From NCBI GenBank assembly GCA_001724265.1, contig MEDY01000153.1, forward strand, positions 1 through 61,223: a DNA stretch of 61,223 nt, in the 5' to 3' direction. This document shows positions 1 to 11,800 of the stretch, in pieces. The DNA comes from Rhizaria sp. SCN 62-66 (taxonomy: Eukaryota). The position numbers were made by a program, and so were the translations under genes. Below the pieces are notes generated by a model, which was not told the origin of the DNA, did not search any database, and worked only from the letters and a program-made list of their open reading frames with translations. How positions within the stretch are numbered: position 1 is the first letter of the stretch; each line of letters starts with the position of its first letter.

Positions 1-23
1 GGCGAGACGGATGGGGGACGTAC

Positions 24-138
24 GGGAAGTGCCGTTCTTGCCGATGACGGTGGCCTCGTTGGGGTCGAGCCAGACCTTGCCCTTGCCGCAGGACATGACA
101 GAGGCAGCCAGGCGCTTCTGGAGCTTCAGACTCACCAT
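24..138 (-). CDS. RPL19: 60S ribosomal protein L19 (eL19), first coding exon; gene continues off the left edge
   Basis: Minus strand reads [38 protein letters not shown], matching the eL19 N-terminus ([20 protein letters not shown]). A GTACGT donor follows at 23. Not in the ORF track. Confidence 0.93.
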
Positions 139-143
139 GTTTG

Positions 144-258
144 CTATAGCAGAGGGAGTGATAAACGCAGTGGGAAGGAAGCGGTGTGAGGAAAGAGTCG
201 TGATGGGGCAGGGTGAACATTGCAAGAGAACTCAGCGACACGGTCTCGAAGAGCTCAC
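144..258 (-). other. Probable 5'-UTR intron of RPL19
   Basis: GTGAGC donor at 258, pyrimidine-rich body on the minus strand and a TATAG acceptor 5 nt before the ATG. Confidence 0.5.
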
Positions 259-764
259 CGTGAGCGGGACCCTCAAAACAGTGAAAAGCGACCTGAAGCG
301 AACGGCCACAGAACTCAGCAGCAGCGGAAATAGAGTACAAGAATATCACTATATAATTCATTCCAACGACGAACTGTAAACAAGAAACGGCAAGGCCAGC
401 ACAGGGTCTTTTTGAGTCCCGCGAAAGCGCAACCCACTGGCCACCCCTAAAGTCTAGCCGGCGACCAGACTTTCAGATCAGGAGCCCACAGTCCCCGCCC
501 ACGGTCACCTCGGGCCGAGCGCAGTACTAAAGTACTCGATTGTCGCAGCACATGTTCAGTATACAATAATTATTTCGTTTGTTTCAGTGAGATCCCTATT
601 CTACAAATATACTCGTGTATTTGATGTATCTTCAAAAGAACAAAATAGACAACAAACACTCCAAAACACAATTCTATGCAACAACTGGCTCAAAACCATC
701 AATAAATCAAGGCAACAACGATTAAACTGGACAGCTATGAGGCTAATTTCAACAGCAGAGGCTT

Positions 765-2486
765 TTAGAGCAGAATCTTGTACTTTTCATTTGAAGGCAC
801 TGATCCAATGAGCACGCGGCCATCAATCGAGACCGAGGCAAACACCCAAGGGCTCGTCGCAGACCATGTGATGCTATGACAGGAAAGAAAGAAATATACC
901 AATGATGTAAAAAAGAGATGAGATGATACGTACATTGCAGGTCGTATTCAATCATTAAAAGGTAATACATGGTCGTTAGTTGTAGTAGTTGTAGCTGAGA
1001 TACAGATATATAACCAGCACAATTGACATATGTTCAAGTCAAAAGGCGAAGCTTCATGAAAGCGCAACATCTGTTTCACGTCGCCGTTCGTTCTAGTTTC
1101 ATTCAAAGCGTACCTGTGGATGGTGTCCTCGTGCTCGTCCATGTGACAGAGCATGCGGTCCACGACTTCCCCTTCGCTGCCCTCGCTCTCGCCCTCGCCA
1201 TCCTGGTCCTGGCCGCTGCCGCTGCCGCTATAGCCGTGGCTGTGGCCGTAGCCCTGGATCGCGCCCTGGCCGGCCGGGCCGCCCTTGGCGCCCTGCGCGG
1301 GCTCGAAGCTGGCTTGCGGCACCGAGGACACGGACAGCGCGCTCCACAGGGCGACCACGCTGTCGTCGCCCGCCGTGATCAGCAGCTGGTCATGTGACTG
1401 GTTGTACGCCACCGCCGTCAGCGACGCCGCCGTGGCCGCCAGCGCGAGCAGCGGCTGCAGCGGGCGCCGCTCGTCCCACACGCGCACGTGTCCGTCGGTG
1501 CCCACCGTTACGACGGTGTGCGGCCGGTTCGGATTGACATCGATGGCCGTGACGGCGCCGGCGTGCGCCTGGCGGATCACCGCCGTCTCAGCCATCGTGC
1601 GCACGTCCCACGCCCGCAGCGCGCGGCCCGACGCCGTGTAGAAGGCGGCGCCCGGCCGGTGCGGGTCCCAGCACAGCGCGGCGAGAGGCGCCGTGAGCGC
1701 TGTGGACGTGACGGCTGTGTGGCCGATGTCCGAGGAGCCCTGGTCGATGTCCCACAGGTACACGTGGTGCGCGTGACGCGTGAGAACCTTGCTCACGGTC
1801 GCCGCGGCCGCCACCGACGCCGAAGGTGACGTCGCGCCTGCGGCGCTGTTGGGCGGCGGGGGGCACCAGGCGACGGCGCCGCGCGGGCCCGCAGGCGTGG
1901 CCGGCAGCTGGTACGCCGTCGGCAGCGTAAAGCGCGCCGTCGCGGGGTCCGCCACCGTGCCGAACAGCGTCGCGGCGGGCGGCAGCGCGCCGGCGCCCGC
2001 GGCCGCGCCCGAGGGGGAGCCGAAAGGCCCGCCGGCGGCGAGGGCGGCGGCGGCGTGGGAGAGGCCTGGAGGGAGCACGGGCGCGGGGGCCGCGGTGGGG
2101 ATGCGCAGCGTAAGCAGCGCCTCGGGTGCAAGCGTCGTGGTGTCGGCGGCGGCGGCGGCGGCCAGGTCAGGGACCTTCCAGAGCGTGGCGACGCCGCAGT
2201 CGGTGGAGGCGATGTGCTGCACGGTGAAGTAGCGGTCCGAAAAGGCTGGGGACGTCGTGATACCTGTGATCTCGGCGTCGGAGTGGCGCAGAGTGAATGA
2301 GTCGCGCAGGGTCAGCGCCTCGTCGTCGTAGTCGAAGACGTGGACCTCGTTGGGCGCCTCGGTGGTCGCTGTGCCTACCAGGAAGGTGTGGGCTGAGGCG
2401 GGCGCGGATGCGTTAGGGACGAGCCCAGCGACGGGGCCAGACGCCAGCGGGAGGTTATAAGACGAAACGGGGGCGTGAGAGGCCAT
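765..2486 (-). CDS. EIPR1: WD40 protein EIPR1/TSSC1 (EARP/GARP interactor); exons 2486-1114, 873-765; 493 aa; stop TAA
   Basis: FLVGT..NEVH N-terminus, WDPH and DVNPNRPH WD repeats, YNQSHDQLLITAGDDS. The spliced C-terminus EHEDTIHSITWSATSPWVFASVSIDGRVLIGSVPSNEKYKILL matches the TSSC1 tail. Confidence 0.88.
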
Positions 2487-2920
2487 TTGGTTCGGGGGAG
2501 CGCGGAAATCGAAGTCGGAGACGTGACGGGGCGCGGGAAAAAGGCGCAGAACAGCGGTGTCGCGAGATGGCGGGTGACGCAGTAGGATCTAAAGGCACAG
2601 CGCCGTGGTAGTTAAGTGAAACAGAAAGAAAGTGAGACATTTACAGACAATTTATCACGCGTAATGAAAATCGAATGAATACAGAGTGTGTCGGAAGACA
2701 GAAAGATCAGAGAATCGGAAATGTGAGACGTTGGGATGCACTACACGATGGTCGCTGGTTCAAAAGCGAGTGCGGATCTTTGAAAAGACGAGTTTGGGCC
2801 ACCAAATCCGTTGATCAAGATACTCTATTGGAAAAAAGTACAAGCCACCGACTTGAAGTTGTTGCATAAATTCGCACGAGATAAACGTTCGTCGTGTCCG
2901 CTGTGTCGACTAAACTTTGA

Positions 2921-5900
2921 ATGTCTGCCACAGGCCCTGGACCCAGCGCTCTCATTGGCGCAGCTGGCCTCGGAGATCCAGCCTTGCCCTCCGGCGCGCC
3001 TGCGCCTGACCATCACCATATGACGCATGTACCAGTGTTATTTAACTCCTCTCCTGCGCACGGAGACCCCGCGGGCCTGCAGTCTTCCTCACACGCAGCC
3101 TCCGACGTGTCACCCGTTGCGCTCTCCCAAGCCCCCACAGCCGCCGTCGCCGCCGCCGCATCACAACTTGCGCCCGCCGCTGCCGCCGCTGCCCCGCTTA
3201 CCGACCTGCCCCTTGCCGACGCTTCCGTTGACAGCAGCACAACAGACGACGCCTCCGAGGCGTTCCTGGAGGAGGAAAGCCGCGACTATTTCGACGCAAC
3301 CCACGAGTTCAAGCTCCTTCCTGCCGCCACCGTCGCCGCCACCAGCTCCCGTCGCGCGCGCCCTTCCCGCCGCACCGCGTCGTCCGGCGCAGCCCCCGTC
3401 ATCGAGACCGAGCCCCAGCCCACCGGGACGCCTTCGACTGCGTCCTCGGCGGTGGCCTCGGCGGCGTACCGCGGGATCTTCGACGAGGTCGACGACGGGT
3501 CGCGCCCCCCGGGCCACGACATCGTGCCCTTCCTCACGCTTGCGGAGCTGCGATCCTTCTTTCTCGACGGCGGCGTCGCGCTGCTCGACGATTCTTTCAC
3601 GCCCGAAGGCGACCCGTGCCCGCACGCGCGCTGGGACGGCGCCGTAGCCGTGGCGGCCGCCGAGGCCGACGAGGCCGCGCAGCTCGCCATCCTGCGCCAG
3701 TCCCCCAACGCCGTCGCGCGGGACCTAGCGGCCGCCGTCTCACCCTCCGCGCCGGCCTTTGCGGGCGCCGCGGCGGGGGACGACGGGTGGCGCGCGCGCG
3801 TGGCGACGGGGCGGCCGCCGGAGTCGTTCGCGTCTCTCGACGAGGTCAAGCGCTTCCGAAAGGCCGCTGTGGGATCGATCAAAGAGGCGGCGCATCTGCT
3901 CGATGTGTTTGACCACTACGCGGCGTACCACCACGCCACCAAGGGCATGCTTAAGCGGCAGGAGGCGCAGATCGACCGACTGGAGTGGAAAGCGCGCGCT
4001 GTGCTGGGAGATATGAGGAGAAAGTTCCTCCAGAGGGAGATGTGCACCGACGAAAACCAACAGTTTCTCACAGAGCTCCTCCGCACTCAGGTACGATTAA
4101 TAACACAATCACTGAATACCGTAGCTTTTTTATCAAACCCAAGTTTCCCTAATTTTGTGTATTTTAACTCACCAGTGACTTCTTGCGTCTTGGCTCGTCG
4201 TTTTTGGATCCAGGCCCTGGGCGACCCGCGCGTCGACTTCACCCGCGTGCGCGACCTCTGCCCGACGAACCGCCACCTGCCGAACCCCGACAAGGTGCGC
4301 GCCGCGCTCAAGCAGTGTGCGCGCGACTGGAGCGTCGAGGGCGAGAAAGAGCGCGCATCGTGCTACGGCCCCATTCTCGAGGTACGCAACTTGAACAAGC
4401 TCCTAACCCGGTCGCCAGCAACGGATCACTTGAATATACCAGTTTGTTTGTACTCTACTGTTACGCTTGTTGCAACCATTTTTTTCAGTGTTTATGAGAA
4501 GTATGATAGCACACAAAATATTTCTAACCTAGTTCTATCATTTTTGTTGTCTGAATCTCACGCGATACGCAGACACTGACGCGTTTGTTTCCTGACGAGG
4601 ACGCTCGTGGGGACCTCGCAGTCTTGGTCCCTGGCACAGGCCTCTCTCGCCTGCACTATGACATCGCCCGCATGGGCTTCCAGTCCCACGGCGTCGAGTT
4701 CTCCTACTACATGCTGCTCCCGGCATACTACCTGCTTAATTGCGTTGAACGCAAGGAGCAGTGGAACATCTATCCCTGGGTCCACGCCTCCAGCAACGTC
4801 CGCGCCTCTGTCGACCGCGTCACTCCCATCAAAGTACGTCTCGTTTTTCCCAAACCACATCGTCGCGCGAAGTGTCATTTCATTATTTAGATAGACATGT
4901 TGCATTCTACACTGTTTCAACTCATTTTCCTTCTCCCGTATTTTGTTTCTGCTGTTGCAGATCCCCGACCTGGTGTGCGGGTCGGTTCCGCTGGCGCCCA
5001 AAGCCGGCGAAGGCTTCCGCATGATGGCGGGTGACTTCCTCGACGTCATGGGTCCCCACACGGCCGACACGTACGACGCCGTAGTGACGTGCTTTTTCAT
5101 CGACACGGCACACAACGTGCTCGACTATCTGCGCCGCATCTCGCTCGTGCTCAAGCCTGGCGGCAAGTGGATCAACCTCGGACCCCTGCTCTACCACTTC
5201 GCGGACCTGGTACGCGCTTAAATATGATATTTGTACTGTATACTTAATGCGCCGCTGTTGAATTTGGTACCGTCCACAATGTTTATTACCGCTCTTCCTC
5301 AACGACGCAGGTTCACTCACTTTAAGCCATCTTTTCTAACATCGTCGCTTCACCATGAACTTCCCCGTTTTTCTCTATTCCATGTATGTCTACCCTCTCT
5401 AGCCTGGTGAGGAATCGATTGAGCTGGCCTGGGACGAAATTCGCGCCGCAATGGTGTCTTTCGGCCTGTCGCTGGACACCGAGTCGTTCGACAACATTGC
5501 CAACTACGCCGTCGCGCCCCACGCCCTCATGGCCACAACTTATAAGTACGTTTCACGAAACACGCATATATACGGCGCAAACGCACTCCCATTGAAAGAT
5601 TGACTCTGATGAAACTAGGAGCGTTTCTTTACACATGTGCGCTCTTGATTTTATAGCGTCAACGCGATGTATCCCTCTTCGTATGCCCTATTTCACATCC
5701 ATTCTTGCTCACCATCACCGCTTTCTACATGCACTTCTGTCCGCAGCTGCGTCTTCTCCGTGGCGACCAAGACTTCGGACACGACCGACACGGACGGCTG
5801 GGACCCGACCGTGTTGACCGCCATCCTAACCGCGGGCGCCATTGCCGACGCGCAGCAGCAGCAGCAGCAGCAGCAGTTGCTGGAGCAGCAGCAGCTTGAT

Positions 5901-5979
5901 CAGGGCCATGACCATCAGAAGCACGCCCGCAGGCAGATGCGCAAACAACAAAAGCTCCTGTAGCAGCAGCAGCAGCAGC

Positions 5980-6020
<41 letters not shown>

Positions 6021-6275
6021 AGTCAGCCACAAGCCCCAGAGGATTCCGCCTTGCTGCAACAGCAGCTCCAGCAGTTGCAGCAGCTGCAGTTTCTGCACAA
6101 GCAGCTTCCGCAGCAGCAACATCAGCAGCAACAGCAGCGCAACCCTGCTCACAGCCACTCTCACGGCCACGGTCACGGCCACGGTCACGGTCACAGCCAT
6201 GGACTAAGCGGCAGCCCTTGCGGCGGCCACGACGACGGCAACGGCGACGGCAGCGAGTATAGCCACGCGCAGTAA
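2921..6275 (+). CDS. CARNMT1: Carnosine N-methyltransferase (N2227 family); exons 2921-4090, 4214-4381, 4573-4833, 4961-5209, 5403-5545, 5747-6275; 839 aa if TAG 5961 and 5985 are sense; stop TAA
   Basis: Motifs KVRAALKQCARDWSVEG, VLVPGTGLSRL (SAM binding), EFSYYML, AGDF, VVTCFFIDTAHNVLDY, LKPGGKWINLGPLLYHF, ESIELAWDEI. All five introns are GT-AG and keep frame. Under the standard code the CDS would end at 5963. Confidence 0.88.
5853..6137 (+). repeat. CAG/CAA trinucleotide (poly-Gln) tracts in the last CARNMT1 exon, containing two in-phase TAG triplets
   Basis: (CAG)n runs are directly visible; TAG at 5961-5963 and 5985-5987 are in register with the CAG units. Confidence 0.9.
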
Positions 6276-8450
6276 GTAACGGGTGGCATCCACTGTTCTC
6301 TGATGTCATACCTGTGCACAACACTTATCTTATGACTGTACTGTTGACTGGCCAGTGTTGAATCTTAGCCACTATCGCTTTCATCGACACAACTCTCTCT
6401 ACTCGTAGGATTAACTGCGTGTAGTAAGTTTAATAATTATGGTCACAATTACTATATGAATCGCGCGTCAAGTCGACATTTGTGCGCTGTTTTTTGCAGA
6501 CTACACGCACGGCTAGCACAAACGCCATATCAAACACCCACTCATTCACTCATTCTTTCACCCACCACATCGAAACGCAAACCTTTGACCTCTAAACTAA
6601 CGGACCACTGCTGTAAGTCGCTCCGAGCCTGGCAGACACGAACGCGGACTCTGTGATACTGATTTCTTCACTATGTCCGTGCGCGCGCGTGCCTGCTCTC
6701 TGCACTTTCATGTGCAACAAACATGACTCTTACGCATGTTGACGTATTTGCGTCGGGTTAATTTCTTTTATATACCGATCCTAGTTTTTATGTGTTTTTT
6801 TTTCGTTTTTGTTTTAGTGGGTGCATTTAGTTCTTTTTTCAACTCTAAATGTCGCATTCAATCTGAACAAGTTTACCACACCGTTTTTATCCGGCCTTTC
6901 TCTGATATATTGTTTTGACTCTATTTTGTTCTGTCATCTGCCTGACTTTTTGTTTGATTTTGTTCTATTATACGTATGTCTTTTAGATTTGTACATCTCA
7001 TTGCTCTGTTCCTGCGTGAGTCTGCCTTGATCTGTGTCAAACTGTATAGTCTCTTGTAACTTCATAATAACAATTGTAATTGCTACGGCAAAAACGCCGC
7101 ACGAACGCGGCATTTTTTTTTCTCTCATTCCACACCATTCCATGACAATTTACCATCTCTTTTTTATTTTGTTTGAACGTTAAGCTGATTTTACTTATTC
7201 TAGTCAAAGCACTACGATTCTAAAGCCAGTCTCAGTCCCTGTGTCCGTCGTAGCTCCGAGTTTCTGTTGCCTGTTTGCCTGTTTGTCACAGCCACGGTGG
7301 TTCTTACCTCGCGTTTGCTGCGGTCGATTGCCGCTCACTCCGATGTCCTCACTCTTGCTGCCTTCAAGCCTGCTTCAGCCACTCTTGTGCTACTCACAGT
7401 CACTCGCCATTGCTCTCAGTCCCTTGCACTGCGCACTGACGCGATCGCAGCATGTCGCCGTGACATGCTGCCTTGCTTTGCGCACCCGCGTCTCCTCGGT
7501 TGTACAATGTTGCCACCACTCTGACACCTTCGACATTTTGCATATTTATTGCACTTTGCTTTCAAGTGCACACGGCATCGCGACTCTACACTGCGTGTAT
7601 ATTGTTGTGTTTAGGTCTGCTCCTTTGTTGCGCACCAACACTGGCGCCACCCAGCGGCTATCTTTACTGCCGTTTTTGTCGATAGTCTACATACTATTAT
7701 TACTGTTCCCTATTTTTTGTGTATTTCTGATTTGTTTTACCTCTACTCTGTGTTTATTTTTCTTGAAACCCCTTCAACACTCCCCTGACCCGCTTTCATT
7801 ATTTGAATCTGTTCTCCCTCTCATCACACTCCTGTTTCTGTTTGGACTTGCGATACATGTCGATACCTCGCTTTTTTGGCTCATTTTTTGTGTACGCACG
7901 ATACTGCTGCGCTGCTCAATATCCATTCAATTCGCACTCTTTGTTCGTTTAATGGAGTCACAATGAGTTTAGCACTGCGTGCCCTTTCACACATCACCGT
8001 ATGTTGTTTCTGTTCCCTGCGTCGACCGCAACACCAAGCACTATTTTGTGTTGCTTCAACCCTTATTTGTATGTGTCTATTTTCATTTCTTTTGCCTTGT
8101 ATTTTTCATCGCTTCTGTGACCCTTTCGCACTTGTAGCTCCCATTGCTAGTACCTGTTCGTTGGGCTTCTTCTGCGAGTAGCCCTCTCATAACGAATCGT
8201 ACGCATAACCCGTCGGCCCGACCGTTGTCAGCTGTTACGGTACTTTACATATAACACGTTGGCCCGGTCGGCGTCCGTTCGTTACACCAGCAATCAGAGA
8301 CTTTTTTCCTCGTGTACATACTGGATCTTACATGTTCCTCTTCAGTGTCTGTTTTGTTCATGCGTCTTTTTTTGTTTTTTCTTGCCTGTCCTCATGTTGC
8401 TCCTGCATTCCTGCGGGCATTAAATGTGACCCCGCAGCTCGAGAGACCCG

Positions 8451-8482
8451 CACAAACACACACACACAACACACACACACAC
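8451..8482. repeat. Imperfect (CA)n microsatellite
   Basis: cacaaacacacacacacaacacacacacacac. Confidence 0.8.
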
Positions 8483-8829
8483 TTCCTCACTCCCCCATCC
8501 GCCCAGACTCTTCTCTGCTTGTCACTCGCAGTGCTGAGAGTTCTGATCCCCAAACAAATAAGCTCGCGCGCACTCTCGCCCTTTCAAAAATACAATTCCC
8601 GACAAATGAATGCTTTATAAACGTGTCTCTTGTGACAAGCCTGGTGATTTCACACGTCGTGACAAAAATATAATGACTCGTGAGCTTTCTTATTGAACTG
8701 ATTAATAAAGGGTCAACTTTTAATGATAATAATTGGTAGCGATTAACAGTTGCTCTTGGATAAACCGATGTTATCGGGCAAACCTCTGAAGGCTATTGGC
8801 TTGTCCCAGCTTGTAGTGATCAGCGTTTC

Positions 8830-11800
8830 TTAGAATGCAGACCCAGCCGCCCCTCCACGCGTGTTGACCTCTGCAACAAACTGCTCGTAGTCAGTCTCCA
8901 ACTTGTGTCCGCCAAAGCAGCCGCGGGGCCCGGCACAGCGGCAGGTGCCGCCGTACTGCGCGGGCAGCTGGTCGGGCGCGATGATCTCGAGCAGCGTCTT
9001 GGCGGCGTCGGCGCCGTTGCAAATCATTGTCTTCTTGATGGTGCGCTCGTGCAGCAGCGGCTTGACAACCTTCCAGATCATGTTGAACCACGACGGTACG
9101 TTGATGACGACGATCTTGGCGCTGCGCACGGGGTAGTGCGCTTGCAGAAGCTTCGACACGGACTTGACAAAGCTCATGGCGGAGCCGCCAATCATGTCGC
9201 GCATGCCGATGCCCTCCAGGTCGAGCACGGTGACGCACACGGCCTCGAGCCGGTTGTCCAGCACCGACCACTGGTACTCGCAGTTGTGCAGATAATGCAT
9301 CTGCAGGGCCTCGTCGCTCACGCCCGCGGCCTTGATGGTCTTGATGTTGAGCTTTCCGGGCCGCTCAATGTACACAAAGTGGCCGTCGCGCGAGTGCCCG
9401 TGGAACACGTGCCCGCACAGCTCGCGCACGCGGCTAAACTTCGGGTACGGCGTCGCGAGCAGCGAGTTGATGCCGTGCTCGGCGCGCCAGCGCTTGGTTT
9501 CGACCCAGCGCACTTTGGCCTTGGCCACGTCGCCCATCTCGGCCGCCACGTAGCGGCTCGGCATGTCAAAGCACAGCCGGTCCAGCACGGCGGGCGGCAG
9601 CGCCGTCGCGGCGGGCGGGAAAGGCCGGTCCTCGTTGCGCCACGTGAGGTTGAACTGCGGGTGGAACACGGTGCGAAGAGCCTGTACGTAACAAGTTAAG
9701 AAACAAACGCGAATATGAAAAAAACGGATTGGCATAAGAGGAATAGAACAAAGAAAAACAAGAAATTATGTAAAAGATCGAAGATCGTATGTAGTTGCAG
9801 TTTAATTGCTACCCACGTCGTTGTCCGTACCTCGTCTGGGTTGAGGTTCACCGGCTTGTTGCCACAGTGCTCATGGTCAAACAGCACCCAGTGGCGCGTG
9901 GGGTCGCCGCCGAGGAAGCCGCCAATGCCCTCGCCGGCGCCCGCAGTCGCGACTCTGGCGCCGCCCGCCGCGGCCGTCGCGTCTGCCGTGACGCCGGCGC
10001 TGCTGTCGGCGGGCGTGGCGTACGACTCAGAGAACGGGTTGGTGTCGATGAACGCGTCATCCGTCGTCGCCGTCTCCGCGCCCGCGCCGCCCGCAGCCGC
10101 AGCGGCCGCAGCAGCAGCAGCCGCCGCAGCAGCGCGACGCCGGCCGCCCCCGGTCCCGCGCCTGCCAGCGCCCGCGCCGCCGCTGCCGGCGCCGCTGCTC
10201 TGCGTAAGTGCAAGCTCTCTCAGCACGAAGGCCCTGATACGAGCGCGCTCCTCGCGGACTTGCGCGCGCGCGCGCTCGCGGGCCCAGGTGGTAGCGCCCA
10301 CGGCCGCGGCGGCGACGGCCGCGCCTGCGCCGACTACGTGCCACAGCGACACGGGCGCGGCCTCGGTGTAAGCCTGCGCGAGCGAGAGCAGCACGCGCGC
10401 GATGAGCGCCAGGCAGCTCAGCGCGCCCACCAGCCGCCACGCGCGCCGCGCCGCGCCGGCGCCGGAGCCTGCGGAGGCGGACGAGGACGAGGCGTCGCCG
10501 TCAAGGGTGTCTGCGGAGTCGCCCGCGGCGGCCGCGGCGGCGAGCGCAGAGTCAACGCTCTCCATCGCGCTCTTGGTCAGGCTGCCACTGCTGCTCGCAC
10601 CGCTGCTGCTCGCACCGCTGCTGCTGCTGTTGTTGATGGTGCTGTTGTTTGCGCCACTCACGCTGGCGTTGGCGTGGCTGGGGCTGTTGTTCTTGTTTGC
10701 TGGGACTTGACCTGGGGCGATGTAGGTACCTTCGGCGCCCCCCTTAGACCCAGCACCCTTAGACCCCGCGCCCGCGTTGACACTGCCGCGGTGGCCATTG
10801 ATGTGCCCCTGCGCCGCACCGGCGCCCGCAGTCGTAGACGCCACCGCGGCCGCGGAACCACTGGCGGAGAGCGAGAGCGAGAGCGAGAGCGCGGGCGCAG
10901 TCAGCGGCGCCGCGCCTGCGGCCCCGCTGTCGCCCGAGGAGGCCGATGGCGTGAAGGGCGGCGACGTGGCGGACACGCGCCGCAGCGGCGACATCGGCGT
11001 CGTCGGCCGCCGTGCGCCGCCGCCGTTGCCGCCGCTGAGGCTGCCGCGCGGGCCCCCCGCCGCTGGCGTCCCGGGGGCAGCAGCGCCGGCCGCGGCGCCG
11101 CCGGCGGTGGCAGTGCCGCTGGCAGCGGCCGAGGAGGAGGAGGAGGAAGAGGACTGGTGGCTGTGCGCGCGCATGCGCAGCTCGCCGAGGCTCAGTGTGC
11201 TGCCGTCACTGGACGAGAGACTACTCCTGGCGCCGCCCCCGCTGCCGTAGCCGTGGCCGTGGCCGCTGTGATCGGCGTCGGCAGCTGCGTGGACGCTGGC
11301 GGCCTCGCTGTGGCCGCGGCTGTCGCCGTCGCCGTCCTCGTCCTCGTCCTCGTCCTCGTCTTCGTCGTCGTAGCGCATCTCAGCGTCCTCCCAGTCGCTG
11401 TCGTCCTCGTCATCATAGCCGTCTCCGTGTCCGTGCCCGTGGCCGTGGCCGGTGGGGTGGGCGCCGCCCTTGTGACTGCGGGCCTCGGCGCGCGCGGCCG
11501 CCTCGGCCGCCACAGCGGCGGCCGTCGCAGCGGCCGTCGCAACGGCTGCGGCGGCGGCGGCTTGGTTGTGCGCATGCACTTGCGTATGCGACTGTAATTG
11601 AAGTTTACCGGGCGTCGCAGCAGCAGCACCAACAGCGGAAGTAGCAGTCGCAGTTGAAGTAGTGGCGGCAGCAGCAGCCGCAGCAGCAGCCGCAGCAGCA
11701 GCAGCCGGCGCAACACCGGCGGCCCCGCCGTTCGCTGCATTGCTGCCGCTGGTGGCGGCGGCGAGCGCGGCCTCCGCAGCCACGGCGGGCGGTGGCGCCA

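Noticed and set aside
7241..7966. 241-aa hydrophobic ORF in the non-coding island
   Set aside because: GTG start, Leu/Phe/Cys content explained by T/C-rich composition, and none of the GC3 bias seen in every real gene here.
6370..8818. Possible CACTA transposon (CACTA at about 6370, 6670 and 7210; TAGTG at about 8814)
   Set aside because: The ends do not match beyond 5-6 bp, there is no transposase, and the right end lies in the CRAL-TRIO 3' UTR.
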